The notes under the pieces: model-generated
What the model saw: only the letters and a program-made list of their open reading frames with translations
Databases searched by the model: none
What the model was told of the DNA's origin: nothing
Assembly (NCBI GenBank): GCA_051002645.1
Contig: JBPCMC010000395.1
Coordinates: 1 to 35,689, forward strand
Reading direction: 5' to 3'
Origin: Thermomicrobiales bacterium
GTDB taxonomy: Bacteria > Chloroflexota > Chloroflexia > Thermomicrobiales > JALYUS01
DNA: 35,689 bases
Shown here: positions 24,712 to 34,200 of the stretch, piece after piece
Layout: each line of letters begins with the position of its first letter
Position numbering within the stretch: position 1 is the first letter of the stretch
Position numbers and translations under genes: made by a program

Positions 24712-26565
24712 ATGTCCAGCCACACGCCGTACCCGCCGATCCACGACTACGCCCTCATCGGCGATTGCCACTCGGCGGCGCTCGTCTCGCGCAGCGGCTC
24801 CATCGACTGGTGCTGCATGTCCCGTTTCGACGCGGGGAGTTGCTTCGGCCGCATCCTCGACTGGGAACGCGGTGGCTATTGCTCGATCTTCCCAGATGAC
24901 GGCGCGCATACCACCTTCCGGCAATATATCGGCGACACGCTCGTCTTGGCGACGACTTTCAGCGCGGGAAGCGGTGAGGCGATCCTCTACGACTGCTTCA
25001 CGATGACGACGGGCGGGAAGCTGGAACCGCGACGCCAGTTACTGCGGATCGTCGAGGGCGTGCGGGGCCAGGTCACCTTCCACCTCCATGTCGTGACACG
25101 ATTCGATTACGGTGTGCTCAAGCCGTGGATCCGGCACGAGGGGATGCGGCTGTACAGCGCGATCGGCGGCAACGACGCCCTCGTCATCCAGTCGGACGCC
25201 GAACTCGCGCTCGTCGGCAGGCACGATCTCGGCGCGACCTTCTCCGTGCGGGCCGGGGAGCGCGTGCGCACATCGATCATGTACGACGACCCTGCCAGCA
25301 TCGACCGGGATCGGCCACAGCCGTTCCGCAGCGCGCAACTGGATGAGCGGCTGAATGAGACGATCAATTGGTGGCAAGGGTGGTCCGCCCAGGCGCGGTT
25401 CGACGGCCCCGACGGCCCGAGCGTGATCCGCTCGGCGATCACACTCAAGGCGCTCACGAACGCGCCGACCGGGGCGATTATCGCCGCACCGACGACCTCG
25501 CTCCCCGAAGCGCCGGGCGGCACGCGGAACTGGGATTATCGCTACAGTTGGATCCGCGATTCCAGTTTCAGCGTCCGCTCCCTCGCTGACATCGGCTGCG
25601 AAGCCGAGGCCGACGGCTTCCGCCGTTTCATCCAGCGGGCGGCGGCCGGCGGCGCGGACAATCTCCAAATCATGTACGGCGTCGGCGGCGAGCGGCGGCT
25701 GACCGAGCTGACACTTGACTACCTTGAAGGCTACCGTGGCGCGAAGCCCGTCCGGGTTGGCAACGCCGCGTCCGATCAGGTGCAACTCGATGCCTACGGC
25801 GAACTGGTCGATCTCGCCTGGCACTGGCACAAACGCGGCAGCTCGCCGGACGACGACTACTGGCGCTTCCTGCTCGACCTCGTTGACACTGCGGCGGAAC
25901 GGTGGAACGAGCGCGACCACGGCCTCTGGGAGTCGCGCGGTGAGCCGCAGCACTTCGTCCACTCCAAGGTGATGTGCTGGGCGGCGCTCGATCGCGGCAT
26001 TCGCCTCGCGGAAGAATGCCTGCGGCAGGCGCCGATCCGCCGCTGGAAGACCGTCCGCAAAGCGATCCGCACGGCGATCGAACGGGACGGATATGACAAG
26101 AAGCGCGGCATCTTCGTCCAGGCGTTCGGCTCCGCAGCGCTGGACAGCGCACTCCTGCTCCTGCCGACCGTCGATTTCGTCGCCTGGGACGACCCACGGA
26201 TGATCCGCACCGTCGACGCGATCCGCGACGAACTGGACGACCACGGCATGCTGCTCCGCTATCGGCTCTCGGAGTCGGACGACGGGCTCACCGGCAAAGA
26301 GGGAACGTTTCTCGCCTGCACCTTCTGGCTCGCCGAATGCCTCGCCCGCCAGGGTCGCGGCGGTGAGGCGCGCGAGGTCTTCGACCGCGTCGCCTCCACC
26401 AGCAACGATCTCGGCCTCTTCGCCGAGGAGTTCGACAGCGGCAATCGCGAGATGCTCGGCAACTTCCCGCAGGGTCTGACGCACCTGTCGCACATCGCGG
26501 CGGCGGTCGCGATCGCCCGACCACACGGATACGATATGCCCGCCGATACATCGACCGCGCGATAG
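24712..26565 (+). CDS. glycoside hydrolase family 15 protein (glucoamylase/trehalase-like)
   Basis: 617 aa. N-terminal HDYALIGDCHSAALVSRSGSIDWCC and the (alpha/alpha)6 region (NWDYRYSWIRDSSF, LWESRGEPQHFVHSKVMCW, FAEEFD) match GH15 signatures. GAGGAG RBS. Confidence 0.9.
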   Translation: MSSHTPYPPIHDYALIGDCHSAALVSRSGSIDWCCMSRFDAGSCFGRILDWERGGYCSIFPDDGAHTTFRQYIGDTLVLATTFSAGSGEAILYDCFTMTTGGKLEPRRQLLRIVEGVRGQVTFHLHVVTRFDYGVLKPWIRHEGMRLYSAIGGNDALVIQSDAELALVGRHDLGATFSVRAGERVRTSIMYDDPASIDRDRPQPFRSAQLDERLNETINWWQGWSAQARFDGPDGPSVIRSAITLKALTNAPTGAIIAAPTTSLPEAPGGTRNWDYRYSWIRDSSFSVRSLADIGCEAEADGFRRFIQRAAAGGADNLQIMYGVGGERRLTELTLDYLEGYRGAKPVRVGNAASDQVQLDAYGELVDLAWHWHKRGSSPDDDYWRFLLDLVDTAAERWNERDHGLWESRGEPQHFVHSKVMCWAALDRGIRLAEECLRQAPIRRWKTVRKAIRTAIERDGYDKKRGIFVQAFGSAALDSALLLLPTVDFVAWDDPRMIRTVDAIRDELDDHGMLLRYRLSESDDGLTGKEGTFLACTFWLAECLARQGRGGEAREVFDRVASTSNDLGLFAEEFDSGNREMLGNFPQGLTHLSHIAAAVAIARPHGYDMPADTSTAR

Positions 26566-26642
26566 CCAGCGAATGGGTGACGCCGCTAACGCTCCCCGAT
26601 CGAATTGTGCGCGTTTTGTGCGCGCCTCACGATAACAGTAAC

Positions 26643-26671
26643 GGGGCGACCGCTGAGGTCGCCCCATTTTG
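26643..26671 (+). terminator. rho-independent terminator after the GH15 gene
   Basis: Perfect 9-bp stem GGGGCGACC/GGTCGCCCC, loop GCTGA, then ATTTTG. Confidence 0.65.
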
Positions 26672-26694
26672 CTTGCTATAGAAGGGAAAGAAAG

Positions 26695-26770
26695 TGGTAC
26701 GCCCGACAGGACTCGAACCTGTGGCCTCTTGGTCCGCAACCAAACGCTCTATCCACTGAGCTACGGGCGC
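26695..26770 (-). tRNA. tRNA-Arg (anticodon GCG as read)
   Basis: Sense GCGCCCG-TA-GCTC-AGTGGATA-GAGC-G-TTTGG-TTGCGGA-CCAAG-AGGCC-ACAGG-TTCGAGT-CCTGT-CGGGCGT-A-CCA. The only 5-bp/7-nt register puts GCG at positions 34-36. Confidence 0.8.
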
Positions 26771-26829
26771 GCGTGCCGACGCAGAGTATGACACAGGCGG
26801 CGGGGGCTGTCAACGCGACGTTTTTGGGC

Positions 26830-26919
26830 TGGCGGGTAGGCAGGGATTCGAACCCTGGGAACGCGTTAGCGCTCACTCGCTTAGCAGGCGAGCCCGATCG
26901 ACCACTCCGGCACCTACCC
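26830..26919 (-). tRNA. tRNA-Ser (anticodon GCU)
   Basis: Sense GGGTAGG...CCTACCC-G-CCA, anticodon arm CTCGC-CTGCTAA-GCGAG, long variable arm. Confidence 0.88.
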
Positions 26920-26930
26920 TGATTCGCTGG

Positions 26931-27018
<88 letters not shown>

Positions 27019-27037
27019 ACGCATGCGTGGTAGTCGC

Positions 27038-27066
27038 AGTATGCCGCACCGCCGCCGAATCCGCAA
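27038..27066 (-). promoter_or_regulatory. sigma-70-like promoter for the Ser(UGA)-Ser(GCU)-Arg tRNA operon
   Basis: Minus strand TTGCGG-17 nt-CATACT, ending 19 nt upstream of the tRNA-Ser(UGA) 5' end. Sequence match only. Confidence 0.35.
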
Positions 27067-27344
27067 GACGCCGCAGGCAGCGGGCAGCACACACCAGGCA
27101 GCAGGCAGCAGCAGACAGTCGCTCATACGAGGCGAGCCGTCGGTGTGAGCGCCGTGCCGTGCAATCTCTATAGATGAAGAACCGGATTCTGCTTTCACGA
27201 CAATGAAACCCGGCGACAATGCGGCAGCGCGCACACGGAAATATTGGTACGCTATGGGCGGTTGCAGAGAGCAACGGATAGGCCCCTCCCCCGTGAACGG
27301 TCGAGAGGGCGACGATGGCAACTACCGCAGAGAAGGAGACCCAC

Positions 27345-28166
27345 ATGGCCGATACTCCCGCCACCACGGACCAGACAACGCCCGCGCCCGCGCCCGCCAG
27401 CGCGATGACGATCCTCGCACACCCCGACGACGCCGAGTTCGGCTGCGGCGGCACGCTGGCGACCTGGGCGCGTGAGGGATGCGAAATCACCATGGTGATC
27501 GTCACGGACGGCTCGAAGGGCAATGACGACCGCTCGATCACGCCCGACCGACTGGTCGTGATGCGCAAAGAGGAGCAGGATCGGGCGGCGCGTGTCCTCG
27601 GCGTGGCGCGCGTCGTCAATCTCGGCTACGAGGATGGCGTACTCCAGCCGACGATCGGTCTGCGGCGCGATATCGCCCGTGTCATCCGCCAGCATAAGCC
27701 GGACGTCATCATCGTCGGCGACCCGGATAACCGTTTCGGCGGCGACTTCTACATTAACCACCCGGACCACCGCGCGGCGGCCGAGGCGGCGCTCTACGGC
27801 ATCTTCCCGGCGGCGGGCAACTTCAACTTTTATCCCGAACTGCTCGCCGAGGGTCTGGAGCCACACGAGGTGAAGGAAGTTTGGGTCGAGGCATGGGGAG
27901 GCGGATCGACCTTCGTCGATGTCACCGAGGCGATGGACACCAAAATCGCGGCGCTGGCGGAGCACAAGAGCCAGTTCGACATCAAGGATGTCGAGCCCTT
28001 CATCCGCCGTTGGGCGGAGGAGGCCGGTCAGAAGCACGGCGTCGGCGCTGCCGAGGCGTATCGCAAAATCACCCTCCAGCGCCCGCCGGACACCGAGGCG
28101 GTGGCGGAAGCGGTCGAGCAGGGCGCGAGCGAGTTGGAGGAAACGGCCGTCGGCACGAAGGATTGA
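27345..28166 (+). CDS. PIG-L/LmbE family N-acetylglucosaminyl deacetylase
   Basis: Zinc-binding motif ILAHPDDAEFGCGG, TDGSKG and a later HPDH. ATG at 27345 follows GAAGGAG; the ORF-track start at 27315 is the alternative. Confidence 0.85.
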   Translation: MADTPATTDQTTPAPAPASAMTILAHPDDAEFGCGGTLATWAREGCEITMVIVTDGSKGNDDRSITPDRLVVMRKEEQDRAARVLGVARVVNLGYEDGVLQPTIGLRRDIARVIRQHKPDVIIVGDPDNRFGGDFYINHPDHRAAAEAALYGIFPAAGNFNFYPELLAEGLEPHEVKEVWVEAWGGGSTFVDVTEAMDTKIAALAEHKSQFDIKDVEPFIRRWAEEAGQKHGVGAAEAYRKITLQRPPDTEAVAEAVEQGASELEETAVGTKD

Positions 28167-28199
28167 CCACGCCGGGTCGCATCTATCTGACTGGGCGAC

Positions 28200-28248
28200 A
28201 GCACGCAGCCGGGGCGGGGCGCCCCGCTCCTGCTGCGTGCTTGCTTTC
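28200..28248. terminator. long GC hairpin between convergent PIG-L and giant genes (likely bidirectional terminator)
   Basis: Outer stem AGCACGCAGC (28200-28209) / GCTGCGTGCT (28232-28241) encloses an inner GGGGCG/CGCCCC hairpin, followed by TGCTTTC. Confidence 0.5.
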
Positions 28249-31200
28249 CTACCGCGACGGGGGAAGCGGATCCGGCATGCCGATAACCGGTGCGGTCGGT
28301 TGTGACCCCGGCCGGGGGCTCGGCGCTCCGCCCGTCGGCCCCGCCGGTTGCGGTGGCGCGACCGGGCTGACGGCGCCAAACGTGTAGGCCGCCGGTAACG
28401 TCTTCGTCACTCCACCCGTCGTCACCGTCACGGCAACCGTCCCAGCGTTATGTGCCGGGATGGTCGCCGTGATCGTCGTCGTATCGACGACCGTCACATT
28501 CGTCGCTGGCGTGGCGCCAAACGCGACGGTCGCTCCGGAGGCGAAGCCAGCGCCGGTGATCGTGATCGGTGTGCCACCAGTCGTCGCGCCGGACGGTACA
28601 CTGATCGCAGTCAATGCCACTTGTGGCTCGTACGCGCCGATCGCGCAGACGGTGGCGGGGCGGGGCAGGCCGCGCTGATCGACACCAGACACCGGCGCTG
28701 CGGCGCAGATTGAATGATCGCCCGCCGCAATAGCCGGTGAGTTGAAGAGCAGGGCGACGCTCTGGGTCGGGCCACCATTCGATTTCGGCGCGTCGAGACC
28801 GGGATTGGCGACGCCGACCTTATTGTGATGGGCGGGGTCGCTCGCCTGATCGACGAGGCCGCCGCTGCCGCCCGTGCCCGTCAGATTGTTGTTGCTCGCG
28901 ACCGCCACGAGGCCGCCAATGTCGCTGGGCGCGCCCCCCTTCGTGTTGCCCGCGACGATGGTGTTCGTCAGTGTCGCCACGCCGCCAGTGATATTCACGC
29001 CGCCGCCATTGCTGGCCGTATTGCCGCTGATCGTGCTGTTCGTCAGCGTCAATGTGCCACTATTGTTGATCCCACCGCCGACACCGCTGCCGCCCGCCGT
29101 GTTCCCGCTGATCGTGCTGTTCACGAGTGTGACGGTGCCGCCCGAGTTGCCGATGCCGCCCGCATCGCCCGTGGCGGTATTGGCGATCACCGTGCTGCCC
29201 GTCAGCCGCAGGGTGCCGTTCGCGGTGTTGCCAATTCCGGCGGTGGGTGCCGTATTGTGGCTGACGGCGACCGCGTTCAGGGTGAGTGTCCCGTCGTTGA
29301 CGATGCCACCGCCGGAGGCGGCGCCCGCGTTGCCGTGCTGCATGGTCAGGCCGCTAATCGTTGCAGTGACGCTACTGTTGACGACAAAGACCTGGGAGGC
29401 ACTATTGCCGTCCACCGCGAGGATGGCCGCGCCGGGGCCGGTGATCGTCACGCTGGTTGCCAGCGTCAGCGCACCATTCACGAGGGTGATCGCGCCGGTC
29501 AGACCGCTCTTGAAGGCGATCGTATCCGTCCCAGAAACCGCGTAGGTGAGCGCGTCGCGCAGCGCGCAGGTCGTGTTCGACGCGCTTATGCATTCGCTGT
29601 ACGGCGCGGGCGATCCGGCCAGATGGTCGGCGGTCGTGCTGACGGTGTACGTCTGCCCCGACGCGGTGACGAGGACGGTGAAGATCCGCACGACGCTATT
29701 CAGCCCATCATTCACCGTGACCGTAACGACCGCGCTGCCCGATTGGTTGACGATGGGCGTGTAGGTGAGCGCCCCGGTCGTCTGGGGGCTCGTGTAGGTG
29801 ACGATGGGATCCAGCAGCAGCGCATGGTTGTTTGAGGTCGCCGTGACGGTCAGTGTTTGAGCCTCGCCCGTGCCGCCGTCGCTGATGCCGGTGAGATTGA
29901 CCGTCTGCTGCCCCGCGTTGCGCGCGATGGGCGCGGGGTTGCTGATCGCACCCAAAGTCGGCGGGCTGTTCACCCGCACCGTGAACGTCCGCACGGCGGT
30001 ATGCGATCCGGCATCCGTGACCGTGACGGTGACGACCGCGCTGCCGGACTGATTCGCGACGGGGGTATAGGCGAGGCTGCCCGTCGCGCTCGGGCTGGCA
30101 TAGGTCACCGCCGGGTCGGGGAGCAGCGTGTGATTGCTCGATGTTGCGGTGACCGTGATCGGCACTGCACCGGCGATACCCGTCAGATTGACCGTCTGCG
30201 GCCCGGCGCTCTGAGCAATGACCGCCGGATTGTTCGGCGCATCGAGGGCCGCAACGACGTTCGTCAGCGAGAAGGAGACTGGCGTCGTACCCGTCGCCGC
30301 CGCGATGACGGCATATGAGCCGGACGTACCATTCGCCGTCGGCGTGACGCTCGCCCGCCCATTGGCGGCGACCGTCGCGGTCAACGGACTGTTCTGGATA
30401 CCCGCGCCGCCGGGCCCGGTGAAGGTGACGACACCATTCTGTACCGGCTCGCCGTGGCTGCTCGCCACCGTGACGACGAGCGCGCTGCCGAAGACGGCGT
30501 TCGGTGCGGCAGACTGATTGCTCCCGCTGCCAATAGCCAGATCGAAACCCTGTGACTGGAACGCGCCAATGTCGGTATGGCCGGTGCGGGCAACGCCGCG
30601 CTGATCGTTTGTCGCCGTGCCGGTCGTGCCGCCGCCGATGGCGGGGGAGCCGGGCAGCAGGGCGAAGGACTGAGTGCCATTCGCGCTGCTATACGCGGCA
30701 AACGGGCCGAGCAATGCGGGGTGGCCGACGATGTTATTGCCCGCACCATCGGTGAGGCCACCGCTGCCGCCGGTGCCGATCAGATTGTTGACGCTGCCAT
30801 TCGCGACCGCACCGGGGCCGTTGATATCGTCCGGCGTGCCGCCGTGGGTGTTCCCGGCAACGACCGTATTCGTCAGCACCGCCGCGCCCGTGCCGAGGCC
30901 GATGCCACCGCCTTGCGTCTGCGCGCTGTTCCCGCTGAAGGTGCTATTGGTCACACTCAGCGTGCCATTATTGAAGAGGCCGCCGCCATTCGTCGCGCCG
31001 TTGCCGCTGAAGGTGCAGTTCGTCAGCGTCAGCGTGCCGCCGTTGAACATGCCGCCGCCGCTCCCGGCGTTGCCGGTGGCGGTATTGCCGCTGATCGTGC
31101 TGCTCGCCAATGCCAGATTGCCATTGTTGAGGATGCCGCCGCCGACATCGTTCGTCACCGCGCCGCCGACAATCGTCAGGTTGCTGATGCCCACCGTCGC

Positions 31201-34200
31201 GCCGTTGCTCACGATCAAGACGCGCGCCAACCCACCGCCGCTCACCGCCACGCCCGACCCGCTCGACGGGCCGCTGATCGTCACGCTCGTGCCGAGTGTG
31301 AGCGTACCGCCGAGTGTGATTGTGCCCCGTCCGTTGCTATTGAAGACGACCGTATCGGTGCCGGAGGATGCGTACCCCAGCGCGTCGCGCAAGCGGCAGG
31401 TCGTATTCAACGCTGTCGTACATGCCGCGAAGGTCGCCACCGTGCCGCTGTCGCTCGTCGTGCCAACGATGTACGTCTGATTGGACGGCGCAACCACGGT
31501 CACGGAGTATTGCCGCGTACCGGTGAAGTCATTCGTGTCCTTCGCCTGCACCGTGAAGGTGCTGGTGTTCGGCGTAGTCGGTGTGCCGGAGAGGACGCCA
31601 TCGGTCGCCAGCGTCAGGCCGTCCGGCAGCGCGCCGGCGGAGACGGTGAAATTGTACGGGCTTGTGCCGCCACCAGCGCCGATTGTCACCGAATAATGGC
31701 TACTGGCCGTGCCGTTGGGCAGTGCGTTCGGCGCAAGGGTGATCGTCGGCGCGACATTTGTGAGCGAGAAGGCGACGGACGGTGTTCCAGCCGCTGACAG
31801 TGTGGCATTGACCGCGTAACTGCCGCCGCTGCCGTTCGCGGTCGGCTTAATGCTCGCCTGCCCGATGCCGATTGTGGCGATTACCGGGGTTGACTGGATG
31901 CTCGCGTCGGAGGTCGGGCCGGCGAACGTAACCTGGCCGCCATCGACGGGCTCGTTGAAGGGCGCGCCGGTGTGAGTCGCGGCGACGGCGACCGTCAGCG
32001 GTCCGAAGGCGGTCGAGACCGGCACGGACTGGGGCGTCCCGCCGACGATGGCGAGCGTGAAGCCCTGCGACTGGAAGGCGCCGATGTCGTTGTGGCCGAC
32101 GCGAGTGACACCGCGCTGATCGGTCGCCGGGATGCCCGCGCCCGCCGTCGCGCCACTCCCCAGGGCAGGGGAGCCCGGCAGCAGGGCGAAGGTCCGGGTC
32201 GTGCCGCCGTGGTCGCCGAGCGCCGTGAGCAGGGGAGAATGGCCGACGATATTGCCATTGGCATGGTCGGTGAGCCCACCGCTGGCGCCGGCGTTGCCAA
32301 TCAGGTTGTTCGCGCCGCTCGTCACGGCGATCGGGCCATTGATATCGTCGGGCGCGCCACCGGCGGCGTTATTCCCGGCGATGATCGTGTTGGTCAGCGT
32401 CGCCGAACCGGTATGGAGCGCGAGGCCGCCGCCGCCGCTCGCGCCGCTGCCGGCGACGGTATTGCCGTTGATCGTGCTGTTCGTCACAGTCAACGCGCCA
32501 TCGTTGAACAGAGCGCCACCGGAGATCGCCGTGTTCCCGCTGAAGGTCATATTCGTCACGGACAACGTGCCGTTATTGAGGATACCGCCGCCATTACCGC
32601 CCGCGTGGTTCCCGCTGAGCGTACTATTCGTCACGGTCAACGTGCCATTGTTGAGGATGCCGCCGCCACCGGCCGCATTGCCGTTGGCAATCGTCAGGTT
32701 GCTGACACTCGCCGTCACGCCGCCATTGATGACGAAGACACTGACCAACCCGTTGCCGCTGACCGTCACGCCCGCCCCGCTCGTCGGGCCGGTGATGGTG
32801 ACACTCGCGCCCAATGTCAGCGGGCTGGCGAGCGTGATCGAACCGGAGGCGGCGCCATTGAAGACGATGATGTCCGTGCCGCTGGTCGCGAAGCCGAGGG
32901 CATCGCGCAGACGGCAGGTCGTGTTCGCGGCGGTCGTGCAATCGGTGAGGCTTGCCGCAGTGCCCGTATCGCTGGTCGTGCCGACCGTGTAGGTCTGGTT
33001 GCTCGCGAGGTTGACCGTGACGGTGAAGGTGGTCGCCGTCATGTTGAGCCCGTCGCTGACCGTGACCGTGACGAGCGCGGTGCCATGCTGATTCGCGAAC
33101 GGCGTATACGCGAGCGTGCCCGTCGCGTTCGGACTGCTGTAGGTGACGGTCGGGTCCGCGAGCAGCGTGGGGTTGTTCGAGGTCGCGGTGACCGTCAGGG
33201 TCTGCGTCTCGCCGCCCGTTGCGATGCCGGAGAGCTGTACGGTTTGCTGCCCGGCATTCTGCGGGATGGCCGCCGGATCGCCGATTGTGTCCAGCGTCGG
33301 CGGGACGTTCACGTTCACGGTGAAGGTGCGCTGGATCGTGCTCGCGTTGCCGTCTGACACTTTCACCGTGACGAGCGCCGAGCCGGACTGACCCGCGACG
33401 GGCGTATAAGTCAGACTGCCCGTACTATCCGGGCTGGTATAGGTGACGGTCGGGTCCGCGAGCAGCATTTGATTGGCGGAGACGGCGGTGACCGCGAGCG
33501 CGCCGCTGCCGCCGATGCCGGTCAAATTGACGGCCTGCGCGCCCGCGTCCCGCGCGATCAGGGGCGGGTCGGTAATCGCGTCGAGCGCGGCGACGCCGTT
33601 GACGTTCAGTGTGTATGCCTGGCTGCCCGTCGCGCTCGCGCTATCGGTCGCGGTGATTGTGAATGTGAAGGGGCTGCCGACGGCGGACGGCGAAGGGCCG
33701 GTGAGCGCGCCGCTCGTCGTGTCGAGTTGCAGCCACGTCGGTAGGTTGCCGCTCGTTACGGCGTATGTGTAGCCTGTCCCGCTGCCACCACTCGCGACCA
33801 ATGTCTGGCTATACGCGACGCCGGGGGTGGCCGAGGGGAGGGTGGTCGGGTTGAGGGTAATCGGTGCGCCATTGGTCAGCGCGAACGAGACCGACGATGG
33901 ACTTGTGCCGGTCGCCGTAGCGAGGACGCTGTACGCCCCTGCCGTCCCGTTCGCGGTTGGGAGGATGCTCGCCTGTCCCGCTGTGGTTGCGCCGATGATC
34001 GCGGTCGCGGGGCTTGTCGCGATGCCCGCGTCGGTCGCCGGGCCGGTGAAGGTCACGATGCCATTTTGTACAGGCTCCCCGTGACCGCTCGCCACCGTGA
34101 CGACCAGCGGATTGGCGAACGCTGCATTGGGTGCGGCGGATTGGGCGCTACCGCTGGCGAGCATCAGAGAGAAGCCCTGGGACTCATACGCGCCGATGTC

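Noticed and set aside
24276-24924. ORFs 24276..24725 (-), 24456..24899 (+) and 24493..24924 (-) around the tRNA-Ser pair
   Set aside because: They run straight through two well-folded tRNA genes and the GH15 5' end, so they are not credible coding regions.
25039-26739. 566-aa minus-strand ORF opposite GH15
   Set aside because: It is antisense to a gene with strong GH15 signatures and extends through a terminator and into tRNA-Arg.
27070-27115. GCAG/GGCAGC-rich low-complexity tract upstream of the PIG-L gene
   Set aside because: It is an imperfect short-motif reiteration without regular period or copy structure, and is likely compositional.
27252-28379. 375-aa minus-strand ORF opposite the PIG-L deacetylase
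   Set aside because: Shadow frame. It overlaps the terminator hairpin and the 3' end of the giant gene.
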